A stretch of DNA of 32,000 bases from Nitrosopumilus maritimus SCM1 (GCF_000018465.1 NC_010085.1:60001-92000); one strand, 5' to 3'; numbered from the stretch's first letter, positions 9,202 through 18,730 are shown. Notes: generated by a model not told the origin, from the sequence alone. A program made the numbers and translations.

Positions 9202-10256
9202 TTCTCAATCCTCGCTATTGCTATAGTCAAATTTGGTGGGAATTTCTGCTTTTCTACAATTAATTTGCCATTTGACACTAGAATTGCTGCAGCCTCTGAA
9301 ACACTGGCTGTTCCTTCAAATGCTTTTACAGTATCTGAAGGATTAGGGGCTGTAACTTTAGCCAAATCTTCTCTATTTACATATTCGACTGGAACTCCCA
9401 TCTCTTTTCCAGCATCAATTAATCCTTGTACATCTTCAGGTTTTTTTATAGAAACTAGTTTTGCTATTGATTTTGGACTGAGTTTAAATTTATCAAGACA
9501 ATCATTAATTCCTTCTTTGATAGTTTCTTTTGATGTATCCCAATGCAAACCTATTCCAATTACTAAACTTAGTGGTCTGTAAACAACTGATTCAGATGCT
9601 AGATCATCGTCAATGATTTTATCTGAAATTATTAAATTTGCTTTTGATTTTGAATTTTTTAATTCGTTTATAGTGTTGTATAGTGAAACATTTTTTGGTA
9701 ATTGTTTATACCAATTTTTTTCACCTGTTTCTTGAAAAACTCCTATTGGTTCTTCATTTACCATGTGTGCACTAATTCTAGTAACATTAGAGTCATCATC
9801 AATCTTCCAACCAAAGTCTCTTCCGACCAAATCAACAGCAATAGTTTTGTTTACGTCAGCAGCTGTAGTGATTACTGGTTGTGCTTGTAATTTTTCTGCA
9901 ATTTTTTCAGTAAGTTCATTTGCACCACCAATATGTCCAGATAATACACTAATTACAAAATTTGTTTTATCATCAATCACAATTACAGCAGGATCTGTTT
10001 TCTTGTCTTTTAGATGAGGTGCTATTAATCGAATCACTGCACCTAGAGAAAATAAGCATATTATTGCATCATTATTTTTGAAAAGTTCAACAATTTTCTC
10101 TGATGTGGGCTCTGAATACCATGTGATTGAGTCATTTTGATTAGAAAATTTATCAGGTGCAAAAATGCTCCATTCTGGAAAAAATTCTTTTAGAGTTTGA
10201 CCAATCTTTATACCATTTTTAGTAATAGAAAGAACTGAAATTTTTTCCATATTCAA
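9198..10256 (-). CDS. cbiG: cobalt-precorrin-5A hydrolase
   Basis: 352 aa with CbiG-like N, middle and C regions (GHIGGANELT; C-terminal VIGIG...KEMGVPVEYVNREDL). It lies between cbiD and cbiX on the same strand. Confidence 0.8.
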   Translation of the reverse strand: MNMEKISVLSITKNGIKIGQTLKEFFPEWSIFAPDKFSNQNDSITWYSEPTSEKIVELFKNNDAIICLFSLGAVIRLIAPHLKDKKTDPAVIVIDDKTNFVISVLSGHIGGANELTEKIAEKLQAQPVITTAADVNKTIAVDLVGRDFGWKIDDDSNVTRISAHMVNEEPIGVFQETGEKNWYKQLPKNVSLYNTINELKNSKSKANLIISDKIIDDDLASESVVYRPLSLVIGIGLHWDTSKETIKEGINDCLDKFKLSPKSIAKLVSIKKPEDVQGLIDAGKEMGVPVEYVNREDLAKVTAPNPSDTVKAFEGTASVSEAAAILVSNGKLIVEKQKFPPNLTIAIARIEN

Positions 10257-10281
10257 AACTTTGTTGATTTAATAAAATACC

Positions 10282-11367
10282 TTACCCTTTTGGTTCTCTT
10301 GCCAAAATGTTTCCCTCAAAATCAAATAATATGACATCAATCGGAACTTTTTCTTCACTGTGCTTTCTCATATGTTTATACACTTCAGCGCAAATTAACT
10401 CAAAAAATCCACTCACATTATTTTCTTGTATAATTTCTGAAACATGTCTTGCAGTATTCGCTTTTTTAATATCATCAATAATTTTTTTATCTGCGTTGAC
10501 TTTTCTTGCCAATTCTGCTAGAAAGTTCATATCAACTTTGGAACCTTTAACATGAGTTTGTTTTACTCCTGCTGCCATCTTTGCCAGTTTTCCAATAAAT
10601 CCAACCACGTATGCCTTTTTGATATTTTTCCTACCGCATTGTTGAATTGTGTAACCTGAAAAATCCCCCATTTGTACAAAACAATGTTCTGGAAGATCTA
10701 CGATCTTTTTTGCAAAGTCTTCACTTCTTCCTCCAGTTGTTAATACTACTGTATCATTTCCCATAGCAATTGATACATCCAAGTTTTGTCTAATGGATGC
10801 TGCATATGATGCAGTTGAAAATGGGATTACTATTCCACTTGTACCTAAAATTGAAATTCCTTCTTTGATGCCTATTCTAGGATTATCCGTTTTAGGTCCT
10901 AATTCTTTACCTTTTGGAACTGATATTTCAACTCTAATTCCTTTTTTATGCAGAATATCGCTGCCTATTTCTTGAAGATTTTCTGTAATCATTTTTTTTG
11001 GAACAGGATTTATGGCTGGTTTGTTAATTTCTAAACCTAAACCAGGTTTAGTAACTATGCCTACTCCTTCTCCCCCATCAATTTCAATTTGCTTTTTGTT
11101 TTCATTAAATGTTAATTCAACTATAATTTCAGCACCATGTGTGACATCGGGATCGTCTCCCCCATCTTTTATTACAGAGCATTTTGCTTTGTTTTTTTCA
11201 AATTCACATGAATTTACAGGAATCTTAATGGTGGTTTTCTTAGGTAAGGTAATTTCAACCTCTTCAATTTTTTGTTGTTTGATAATTGATAATAAAGCCG
11301 CTTTTGATGCTGCAGTGGCAGAACTCCCTGTTGTGTACCCTGTTCTGAGTTTTTTCTCTTCTGCCAC
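10282..11367 (-). CDS. cbiD: cobalt-precorrin-5B (C1)-methyltransferase
   Basis: 361 aa. The N-terminal LRTGYTTGSSATAASKAA, then DGGDDPDVTHG and GTSGIVIPFS, are typical of CbiD. Confidence 0.9.
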   Translation of the reverse strand: MAEEKKLRTGYTTGSSATAASKAALLSIIKQQKIEEVEITLPKKTTIKIPVNSCEFEKNKAKCSVIKDGGDDPDVTHGAEIIVELTFNENKKQIEIDGGEGVGIVTKPGLGLEINKPAINPVPKKMITENLQEIGSDILHKKGIRVEISVPKGKELGPKTDNPRIGIKEGISILGTSGIVIPFSTASYAASIRQNLDVSIAMGNDTVVLTTGGRSEDFAKKIVDLPEHCFVQMGDFSGYTIQQCGRKNIKKAYVVGFIGKLAKMAAGVKQTHVKGSKVDMNFLAELARKVNADKKIIDDIKKANTARHVSEIIQENNVSGFFELICAEVYKHMRKHSEEKVPIDVILFDFEGNILAREPKG

Positions 11368-11429
11368 AAACTGATGTAATCATTTTACTGTATTAACTCT
11401 TGTTTACCATTTTTGATTTTCAAAATAGA

Positions 11430-11437
11430 TTTAAAAT
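11430..11437 (+). promoter_or_regulatory. TATA-like box (TTTAAAAT) upstream of the SDR gene
   Basis: An AT-box is centred about 25 nt upstream of the ATG at 11458, in the divergent cbiD/SDR intergenic region. Pattern call only. Confidence 0.25.
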
Positions 11438-11457
11438 AAAAACTACTTGGAATTTCT

Positions 11458-12327
11458 ATGGAAAAACCTCTTCAAATAGTAATTACTGGAGCCAGTGGAT
11501 TTGTGGCAAAAAATCTTAGAAAATATTTGTCTGAGAAAAATATTCATCTGATTTCAATATCTAGAAAAAACTTCAAACCATTCAAAAATGAAACTAAAAT
11601 TATTTCCAAAACCTATGAGGAACAATTACTTTTGCCAAAAATAAAAAATTCATATGCATTAATTCATCTTGTGGGAATTGGAAAACAGTCCACAAAAACT
11701 GATTATGAATCAATCAATGTTCAATTAACACAAAAAATTGTCAATTTATCAAAAAAGGCAAAAATCAAAAAACTCGTTTATACAAGTGGATTGGGAGTAT
11801 TTGCTGATACTACTATGGGGTATTTTATCTCAAAATTCAAGGCTGAAACATCTATTATTGATTCAAAAATTGATTACACAATTTTTCGACCTTCCTATAT
11901 TGTAGGTAAAGATGATCTTTTCACAAAATATCTAAAAAAATCTATTAAAAAAAATCAAATCATTATTCCCGGGTCTGGAAAATATTTGATACAGCCAATT
12001 TCTATAGGAGATGTTACAAAATTGATTTTCCAATCAATTATTGATAAGAGATTTAAAAATAAAACATTAGATCTTGTGGGTCCTGAAATAATCTCATTTA
12101 AGAAATACATTCAACTGTACTTACAAAAGAAAAAAACTAAACTATATCACATTGATATTGAAGATGCTTATCGTCTTGCCTTAACTAACTCAGAATTTGA
12201 TTATGGTGTAGATGATCTAAATATTCTAGTTGGAAATTTTGTTGGAGATCACAAAAAACTTAGAAATCTCTCAAAAATGAATTTTCAGTCAGTAAAAGAA
12301 TTGTTAAAGACCGGCGCCTTGCTTTAG
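11458..12327 (+). CDS. NAD(P)-binding epimerase/dehydratase-family protein (atypical SDR, NmrA/NDUFA9-like)
   Basis: 289 aa with the N-terminal Rossmann motif [12 protein letters not shown] and the RPSYIVG segment typical of extended/atypical SDRs. Substrate is unknown. The 3' end overlaps the convergent metK by 24 nt. Confidence 0.6.
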   Translation: MEKPLQIVITGASGFVAKNLRKYLSEKNIHLISISRKNFKPFKNETKIISKTYEEQLLLPKIKNSYALIHLVGIGKQSTKTDYESINVQLTQKIVNLSKKAKIKKLVYTSGLGVFADTTMGYFISKFKAETSIIDSKIDYTIFRPSYIVGKDDLFTKYLKKSIKKNQIIIPGSGKYLIQPISIGDVTKLIFQSIIDKRFKNKTLDLVGPEIISFKKYIQLYLQKKKTKLYHIDIEDAYRLALTNSEFDYGVDDLNILVGNFVGDHKKLRNLSKMNFQSVKELLKTGALL

Positions 12328-13470
12328 TGCATCTACTTTGTTTGTTTTTTCCCAGCCAAATTCTGGCTCATTTCTTCCGAAATGACCATATGATGCTGTT
12401 TTTTTGTAAATTGGTCTTTTCAGATCTAGTTGAGAAACAATTCCTGATGGTTTCATATCAAAATTCTTTCTGACTAAATCTTCAATTTGATTTTCCGGAA
12501 TTTTGTTTGTTCCAAAAGTGTTTACGTATAATGATACTGGTTCTGCAACTCCAATTGCATATGCAAGTTGAACTTCACATCTATCTGCAAGACCTGCTGC
12601 AACCAAATTCTTTGCAATATATCTACACATGTAACAAGCTGATCTGTCTACTTTTGAAGGGTCTTTACCAGAGAAAGCGCCCCCACCATGTCTTCCAAAA
12701 CCACCATAGGTATCTACAATAATTTTTCTTCCAGTAAGACCTGCATCTCCATGTGGCCCTCCAATCACAAATTTTCCAGTTGGATTAATGTGAATTTTGA
12801 TATTATCATTCCATAGATCTCCTAGTACTGGCTTGATAACTTTATCAATGATTTCGTTTTTGATTTCTTCTTGAGAAATTTCTGGTGCATGTTGAGTAGA
12901 GACTACTACGGTTTCAATTCCAGTAGGTTTGTTATCTTCATATCTTACAGATACTTGTGATTTTCCATCTGGTCTTACCCATGGTAGTGTTTTGTCTCTT
13001 CTTACTTCAGATAATTTTTGAATTAGTTTATGTGCTAACAAAATTGGCATAGGCATGAATTCTTGAGTTTCATTTGTTGCATATCCGAACATTAATCCTT
13101 GATCCCCTGCACCTTGTTCTTTTTCTTCAGTTGCAGTAACACCTTGACTAATATCGGGACTTTGAGAATGTAATCTTAAATTTACTTGACAAGTATCTGC
13201 ATCAAACATCAAATCTTTATTGTCATATCCAATCTCTCTAATGGTTTTTCTAACTAATTCTTCTTGTGCTTTTTTATCCAAATTAGCTTTTGATGTAACT
13301 TCTCCTGAGACTGCAACAAAATCAGTTGTTACCATTGTTTCAACTGCAACTCTTGAATCTGGATCTTGTTTGAGAAATTCATCTAAAAATGCATCTGAAA
13401 TATTATCGCAAACTTTGTCTGGATGTCCTTCTGTTACTGATTCCGATGTAAACAGAAAATTATTTGTCAT
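12304..13470 (-). CDS. metK: S-adenosylmethionine synthetase, bacterial/eukaryotic MetK type
   Basis: Motifs [30 protein letters not shown] and [16 protein letters not shown] are diagnostic of the MetK family. I place the start at the ATG at 13470 ([10 protein letters not shown]...), which aligns with bacterial MetK N-termini. The ORF track extends to a GTG at 13479. Confidence 0.93.
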   Translation of the reverse strand: MTNNFLFTSESVTEGHPDKVCDNISDAFLDEFLKQDPDSRVAVETMVTTDFVAVSGEVTSKANLDKKAQEELVRKTIREIGYDNKDLMFDADTCQVNLRLHSQSPDISQGVTATEEKEQGAGDQGLMFGYATNETQEFMPMPILLAHKLIQKLSEVRRDKTLPWVRPDGKSQVSVRYEDNKPTGIETVVVSTQHAPEISQEEIKNEIIDKVIKPVLGDLWNDNIKIHINPTGKFVIGGPHGDAGLTGRKIIVDTYGGFGRHGGGAFSGKDPSKVDRSACYMCRYIAKNLVAAGLADRCEVQLAYAIGVAEPVSLYVNTFGTNKIPENQIEDLVRKNFDMKPSGIVSQLDLKRPIYKKTASYGHFGRNEPEFGWEKTNKVDALKQGAGL

Positions 13471-13485
13471 AAAACTCACTACCTA

Positions 13486-13731
13486 CTAGAGTTCATTTTC
13501 TAGTTTAATGAATAATACGTTGTTACCTCTTACGATAACTCTACCATAATTTGCGATAGTCTTACCTTCATGTAATTCCTCAGCATCTGTCATAATCAAA
13601 TTCATGTATGAGTCAACATTATCCATTTTACCTTTGTATTCAACTTCATTCTTTAGTCTTACAGTAACTTTCTTCTTTGTGCTTTTTTGAAGAGTTGTTA
13701 GAGGTCTTTTTGCGCTATTTGATTGAGACAC
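13486..13731 (-). CDS. Sm-like (LSm / SmAP) RNA-binding protein
   Basis: 81 aa. Sm1 (VTVRLKNEVEYKGKMDNVDSYMNLIM) and Sm2 (GRVIVRGNNVLFI) motifs are present, with a basic N-terminal extension. It lies 15 nt upstream of metK on the same strand. Confidence 0.85.
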   Translation of the reverse strand: MSQSNSAKRPLTTLQKSTKKKVTVRLKNEVEYKGKMDNVDSYMNLIMTDAEELHEGKTIANYGRVIVRGNNVLFIKLENEL

Positions 13732-13839
13732 TAATTGTTCACTTGTTTTGCAACTTTGTTCTCTAGAATAAAAGCCTTACCTCCTTTGAAGAAATAGAAA
13801 TTCCTTAAATTTTTTCTTCTTTTTCTAATAATAACACTC

Positions 13840-14493
13840 ATGATCTCAACTGGTTTGGAAAAATTAGACAAATCTCTCTTCGGAGGAATTCCTAATGGTG
13901 TAATTGTAGATATTTTTGGAAAAAATGGAACAGGAAAAACCCAACTATTATTACAATTAGCAATAAATTCCATCAAAAAAGGTGGTCATGTTTTGTATTT
14001 TGATACAACAGGTGGATTTAGACCTGAAAGAATTTTGGATATTCAAAAAGAATCTGAATCTCAATCAGATTTTCTTAATCAAATTACAGTTTCACGGTTA
14101 ACTAATACCTCTGAACAAATTAATTCAATAAAAAATATTGAAAGGAATTTTTCATTAATTGTAATTGATAATATAACTGATTTATTTTCTTATGAATACC
14201 AAAAAGATGAATCTATTTTTGAGAAAAATTCTTTGTTTATGAAATACATGCATGATTTAGCTAATTTTGCAATATCAAATAGAATTCCTATTGTTGTAAC
14301 TAATATGATAAGAAATCTGGAAGGAAAAGAAATTGAAAATATGAAAAGTGCAATTGATCCATTTACACACATCAAAATACATCTAACAAAAAATTCATCA
14401 AAATTTGATGGTAAAATTTATTCTCCGTTTATAGAAAATTCATTTTCTTACACCATTGATAAATTAGGATTGTCTCCTTCTGAAGATATTTAA
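13840..14493 (+). CDS. RecA-superfamily ATPase, RadA paralog (RadB/aRadC-like)
   Basis: 217 aa. It has ISTGLEKLDKSLFGGIPNG, Walker A (GKNGTGKTQ) and Walker B (LIVIDNI). There is no N-terminal HhH domain, so it is a core-only RadA paralog. Confidence 0.65.
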   Translation: MISTGLEKLDKSLFGGIPNGVIVDIFGKNGTGKTQLLLQLAINSIKKGGHVLYFDTTGGFRPERILDIQKESESQSDFLNQITVSRLTNTSEQINSIKNIERNFSLIVIDNITDLFSYEYQKDESIFEKNSLFMKYMHDLANFAISNRIPIVVTNMIRNLEGKEIENMKSAIDPFTHIKIHLTKNSSKFDGKIYSPFIENSFSYTIDKLGLSPSEDI

Positions 14494-14515
14494 CGGTCAA
14501 TGAGGAAGTTTACTC

Positions 14516-14635
14516 ATGACAGATATTTTTGATGTTCTCCCAAACATGACTATTGTCCTATTTATTCTTGGATTAGTTGGTGTATTTGTTTATGAAAGAT
14601 CCCGTTCTAACAAAACAGATGAATCCAATTCCTGA
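14516..14635 (+). CDS. hypothetical small membrane peptide (39 aa)
   Basis: Not in the ORF track. My translation gives MTDIFDVLPNMTIVLFILGLVGVFVYERSRSNKTDESNS, with one clear hydrophobic helix followed by a basic patch. A GAGGA sequence lies 9 nt upstream of the ATG. The ORF sits between the RadA paralog and the helicase and overlaps the probable helicase start. No homology evidence is available to me. Confidence 0.25.
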   Translation: MTDIFDVLPNMTIVLFILGLVGVFVYERSRSNKTDESNS

Positions 14636-17333
14636 ATCTCTGTTTGAGAATTTTGGTTTTTCCAATCTAACTGAAATTCAAAAAAAGGCTTCACCAATAA
14701 TTTTACAAAAAAAAGATTGTCTAGTTATTGCTCCTACTGGTTCTGGAAAGACAGAATGTTCTGTAATACCAATATTTTCTTTATTGAAAAATACTAAAAA
14801 GCCTGGAAAAATAAAAACTCTTTACATTACTCCATTACGTGCATTAAATCGAGATGTTTTTCGAAGAATTACAAAATATGCTCATCAAAGTGAACTTTCT
14901 ATTGAAATTAGACATGGTGATACAACACAAAAAGATAGAAAAAAAATTACTGAAAACCCTCCTGATGTACTAATTACAACTCCTGAAACTTTGGTAATTC
15001 TTTTGACTCAAGTCAAGTATCTTGATGCATTCTCAGAATTAGAGTGGATTGTAGTAGATGAAGTGCACGAGCTACTGTCTAGTGAAAGAGGTACTCAACT
15101 TTCTCTAAGTGTTGAGAGATTGGAATTTAATTCCGAATTACCACTTACAAAAATAGGGTTATCTGCTACTGTTGGAAATTTTGAAGAGGCAGGAAAATTT
15201 GTTGTTGGTACTAAAAGAAAATGTGAGATAATCAGAGATACTTCAGTGAGAAAATATGATGTAGAAGTAAAATATGTAGATGGAACAATTTCTGATGTAG
15301 CAGAAAAAATTATTGAACATGTCTCTAACTTGAATTTGGATTCCCCTGTTCTTTTGTTTACAAATACTAGAGGTGAATCAGAATTTTTAGCCTCAATCCT
15401 CAAAGAAAAATCCATTATTCCAATTGAATTACATCATGGTTCTCTTTCAAAAGAAGTTAGAGAAGAAACTGAACAAAATTTACGTGAAGGAAAAAGAGGT
15501 ATTGTTGTTTGTACATCTTCACTAGAATTAGGATTGGATATTGGTTCAGTTGAATTAGTCATCCATTATGGTTCACCTAGACAGGTATCAAAATTAGTTC
15601 AAAGAATAGGTCGAAGTAGACATAATCGTAATGCATCTGCTAAGGGATTAATCATTACAAACAACTCTGATGATGAATTTGAAGCACAAGCAATTCTTCA
15701 AAGAATTCAGGAAGGCTCTATTGAAGAGCAAAAAATCCATGATGGTTCACTTGATGTCTTAGCACATCACTTGGTTGGACTAACAATGCAAATTGGAGAA
15801 ATCTCAATTGACAAAGCATTTGATTTGATAAAAAAGGCTTATCCATTTAGAAATTTAAAATTAGAAGAACTTGTAGATGTTTTAGATTTACTTGATTCAA
15901 ATTATTTGATCTTTTTTGATAGAACAAAGATGACTTTTTGGAAGAAAGGCCGTTCGTTCAAATATTATTTTGAAAATCTTTCTACAATTCCTGATATACT
16001 CAAATTCAAAGTTTTTGATAGTGTAGGAAAAAAAATCATTGGAACACTAGATCAACGATTTGTAGGTGATTATGGTGATTCAGGAAATATTTTTGTGCTC
16101 AAGGGCTCACAATGGAGAATTCTAAATGTTGACGAGAAATCATTTACAGTAAATGTTGAGCCATTTCGAGGTGGAGGAATTACTGTTCCTTATTGGGAAG
16201 GCGAGAATATCCCTATTGACTACAAAACTGCCAGAAAGGTGGGTAATTTTAGAAGTAAAGTGAGAAATGGCTCATTACAATTAACAAACAAAACAATTGA
16301 ACAACTAAATTTTAATGAAATTTCTGAAGAAAATAATGTTGTAGTTGAATCTAATAGATCTCAAGGCTCAATTGTAATTCATTCTTGTTTTGGTACAAAA
16401 ATCAATTCCACTCTTTCAACATTACTTTCTTCCATGTTATCTTCTATGTTAGGTTCTGTTGTAGATTCTCGTTCTGATGGATATAGAATTGTTTTATCTT
16501 CTAGATCACGAATTTCAGAAAAATTATTTCTTGAGATTCTAAAAGATGATTATGATTTATTTTCAATGGTTACAGCATCTCTTGCTGGTACTCATAATGT
16601 TAATTGGAGAACTTGGTGTGTTGCAAAAAAATTTGGTATTGTAGGTAGAGGTGCAGTCTATGAAAGAAAGTCTGCTCGATTTTTATATGAAAGATATGCA
16701 AAAACTGCACTTGTACAAGAAGCATTACGTGAATTATTTCATGATAAATATGATCTTAAAAACACTGACAAACTTCTAAAAGAAATTCGTGACGATCAAA
16801 TTCATGTAAAATGGTTAGAAGTTGATCAATTCTCGAAATTGGCAGAACCAATCTTGGATCATACTTCAAAATATTATTCTTCTCCTGCAAATCTTGATAA
16901 AGGAATTTTAGATCTTGTAAAAGCTCGACTTGAAAAAACAAAACATCGCTTAATCTGTGCTAGATGTGGAAAATGGGAACGTGTAGTTGAAACAAATGAA
17001 GTAAAAAATATCTTGATTTGTCCTTATTGTAAAGGGAGACAAATCACTGCGACATTTTATTCTGATTATGATCTTCCTAAAATTATTCGAAAAAAACATG
17101 AAGGCAAAAAATTGACTAGTGAAGAAAAACATAAGGTAGATCGTGCCTGGAAAGTCTCTTCTCTGGTGGAAAATTTTGGTAAAATTGCAATTATTGTCAT
17201 GTCTGGTTATGGTGTAGGTGCAGACACTGCTGCACGAATTTTACGAAATATGGTTGATGAAGAACATTTATTCAAACAAATCTATGAAGCAGAAAGACAG
17301 TATGTAGTTACTAGAGGCTTTTGGGATTCCTAA
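14577..17333 (+). CDS. Lhr-like ATP-dependent DEAD/DEAH-box helicase (SF2) with C-terminal zinc ribbon
   Basis: Motifs present are Q (LTEIQKKA), Walker A (APTGSGKT), DEVH, SAT, HHGSLS, TSSLELGLDIG and QRIGRSRH. A long DEAD/H-associated-like C-terminal region follows, containing CARCG...CPYCKG. The true start is more likely the ATG at 14619 (MNPIPESLFENFGF) or 14592 than the TTG at 14577. Confidence 0.85.
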   Translation: MVYLFMKDPVLTKQMNPIPESLFENFGFSNLTEIQKKASPIILQKKDCLVIAPTGSGKTECSVIPIFSLLKNTKKPGKIKTLYITPLRALNRDVFRRITKYAHQSELSIEIRHGDTTQKDRKKITENPPDVLITTPETLVILLTQVKYLDAFSELEWIVVDEVHELLSSERGTQLSLSVERLEFNSELPLTKIGLSATVGNFEEAGKFVVGTKRKCEIIRDTSVRKYDVEVKYVDGTISDVAEKIIEHVSNLNLDSPVLLFTNTRGESEFLASILKEKSIIPIELHHGSLSKEVREETEQNLREGKRGIVVCTSSLELGLDIGSVELVIHYGSPRQVSKLVQRIGRSRHNRNASAKGLIITNNSDDEFEAQAILQRIQEGSIEEQKIHDGSLDVLAHHLVGLTMQIGEISIDKAFDLIKKAYPFRNLKLEELVDVLDLLDSNYLIFFDRTKMTFWKKGRSFKYYFENLSTIPDILKFKVFDSVGKKIIGTLDQRFVGDYGDSGNIFVLKGSQWRILNVDEKSFTVNVEPFRGGGITVPYWEGENIPIDYKTARKVGNFRSKVRNGSLQLTNKTIEQLNFNEISEENNVVVESNRSQGSIVIHSCFGTKINSTLSTLLSSMLSSMLGSVVDSRSDGYRIVLSSRSRISEKLFLEILKDDYDLFSMVTASLAGTHNVNWRTWCVAKKFGIVGRGAVYERKSARFLYERYAKTALVQEALRELFHDKYDLKNTDKLLKEIRDDQIHVKWLEVDQFSKLAEPILDHTSKYYSSPANLDKGILDLVKARLEKTKHRLICARCGKWERVVETNEVKNILICPYCKGRQITATFYSDYDLPKIIRKKHEGKKLTSEEKHKVDRAWKVSSLVENFGKIAIIVMSGYGVGADTAARILRNMVDEEHLFKQIYEAERQYVVTRGFWDS

Positions 17334-18730
17334 TTCTTTTTTGTAATTTTAGAAAATGCTGTTAAGAACATCTCTATTCTGCCTTCTAGTCCAGCTTTTG
17401 CATTAAGACCTGTTATTGAAACAATCTCCCCTAATTCACATTTGTCAATTAGTCTAGCTTGATTTCTCCATCCTTTTACCCAAATTTGTCCAGTGTCATC
17501 TTCGACAAACATTTCTGAAAGTGCAATTGATTCTCCAGTTTTTGTTTGTACTTCGCGTCTTTCTGGCACTTTCAAAATTATTGCTTCAATACAGTAATTA
17601 CCATCAACTTTAACATCATTAATCTTTGTTCTAATTTGAGATAATGAAGGAATACTTTCATCACTATCCAACTTTCTTACAAAAGAATTTTCATCAAGTG
17701 TAATTGAATTTCCATAAACTTTGGATGGCATGCATTCTATGACGTCTCCTTCTACACAAATACTGGTTGAATTTGATGAATCATTAATGTTGTAAAGATT
17801 CCTTTGATTATCTACCGCTAAAATCATGTTTCTTCCATTTTCTGTTGGTGACATTGAAAGAATTCTTGCAATTACTGGTTCTGCTTCTTTACCTCCTTCA
17901 ATCTCAATTATTGTTGCATCATTTCCATGAATTTCTAATCCTTGATTTCCAGATTTTACTTTGACACCAAGTAGTCTCACTTTAGCTGACTGTGAAATCA
18001 TATTTGGAATTGATGATTCATCTTTTCCCCATAACACTACTCTCATTCCACTGCCGTCTTTTCCTTTTAGCCTCATTCTCAAGGCTTTTCCAGGCATACC
18101 TCTAGAGTTTGTAAATTCCATACCGCTAATTACTCCATCAATTTCTCCTAAAACTACAAGATCTTTTTGACCTTCTTGCAACTCACTCACATCTTTTGTT
18201 ATTGTGTCTATTGTTGGAATTTCACTTGTAGAATCAGTAGCTTCTACATTTGAACCTGAACCAATGTTAATTGTTGGTGAACCATCAAGATCAGATTTAA
18301 CATAAGCTTTGATAATTTTAATCAAGTCTCCTGGTTTCAGATTTTCAATTCCAGGAAGATTTGCTTTATCATCCCATAACTTTACACTTGCTGTAGAATT
18401 TGCATCATCATATACTGTCATAGTTCTGAGATAAAATGGAGAACCATCTTTTCTTGAAAATTGTTTTGCAGGTGATAAATTCAATACTCTAGTTTCTAAT
18501 GAAATTTCTTTTGCTCCTGCATAGAGATCTTTCAAACTCATTTCTACTTTTAGTGGCCCTGATAATGTAACCCCATAATCTGATGCAATCAAGAATAAAG
18601 CTCCTTGATCAGTTAGATACCCTGCACCAATTTTCTCTTTTTTTAATTTAATTTGCTCTTCAATAATTTCTTTAGTTAACTCTGGTTTTTGTTCAATTAA
18701 CTTTTCAACTAGACTATCAAATTCCGACAA
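17330..18730 (-). CDS. replication protein A-like ssDNA-binding protein with multiple OB folds
   Basis: 466 aa with about four repeated OB-fold-like units, for example RKDGSPFYLRTMTVYDDANSTASVKLWDD...LKPGDLIKI and KTGESIALSEMFVEDDTGQIWVKGW...GEIVSITG. No C4 zinc finger is seen. TTG start. The 3' end overlaps the convergent helicase gene by 4 nt. Confidence 0.65.
   Translation of the reverse strand: MSEFDSLVEKLIEQKPELTKEIIEEQIKLKKEKIGAGYLTDQGALFLIASDYGVTLSGPLKVEMSLKDLYAGAKEISLETRVLNLSPAKQFSRKDGSPFYLRTMTVYDDANSTASVKLWDDKANLPGIENLKPGDLIKIIKAYVKSDLDGSPTINIGSGSNVEATDSTSEIPTIDTITKDVSELQEGQKDLVVLGEIDGVISGMEFTNSRGMPGKALRMRLKGKDGSGMRVVLWGKDESSIPNMISQSAKVRLLGVKVKSGNQGLEIHGNDATIIEIEGGKEAEPVIARILSMSPTENGRNMILAVDNQRNLYNINDSSNSTSICVEGDVIECMPSKVYGNSITLDENSFVRKLDSDESIPSLSQIRTKINDVKVDGNYCIEAIILKVPERREVQTKTGESIALSEMFVEDDTGQIWVKGWRNQARLIDKCELGEIVSITGLNAKAGLEGRIEMFLTAFSKITKKN

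Noticed and set aside
11012-11374. Long antisense ORFs opposite well-supported genes: 11012-11374, 1370-1693, 9265-9582, 9763-10017, 15095-15415 and 25295-25609.
   Set aside because: Each lies entirely within and antisense to a gene with strong family motifs (cbiD, eif2g, cbiG, the helicase, dnaK). Their sequences are low-complexity S/P/F/I-rich, typical of antisense frames in AT-rich coding DNA.
13731-13976. 81-aa minus-strand ORF overlapping the start of the RadA-paralog gene.
   Set aside because: It overlaps a well-supported plus-strand gene with clear Walker A context and the Sm/RadA-paralog promoter region. It has odd composition and no recognisable motif, so it is probably a shadow ORF.
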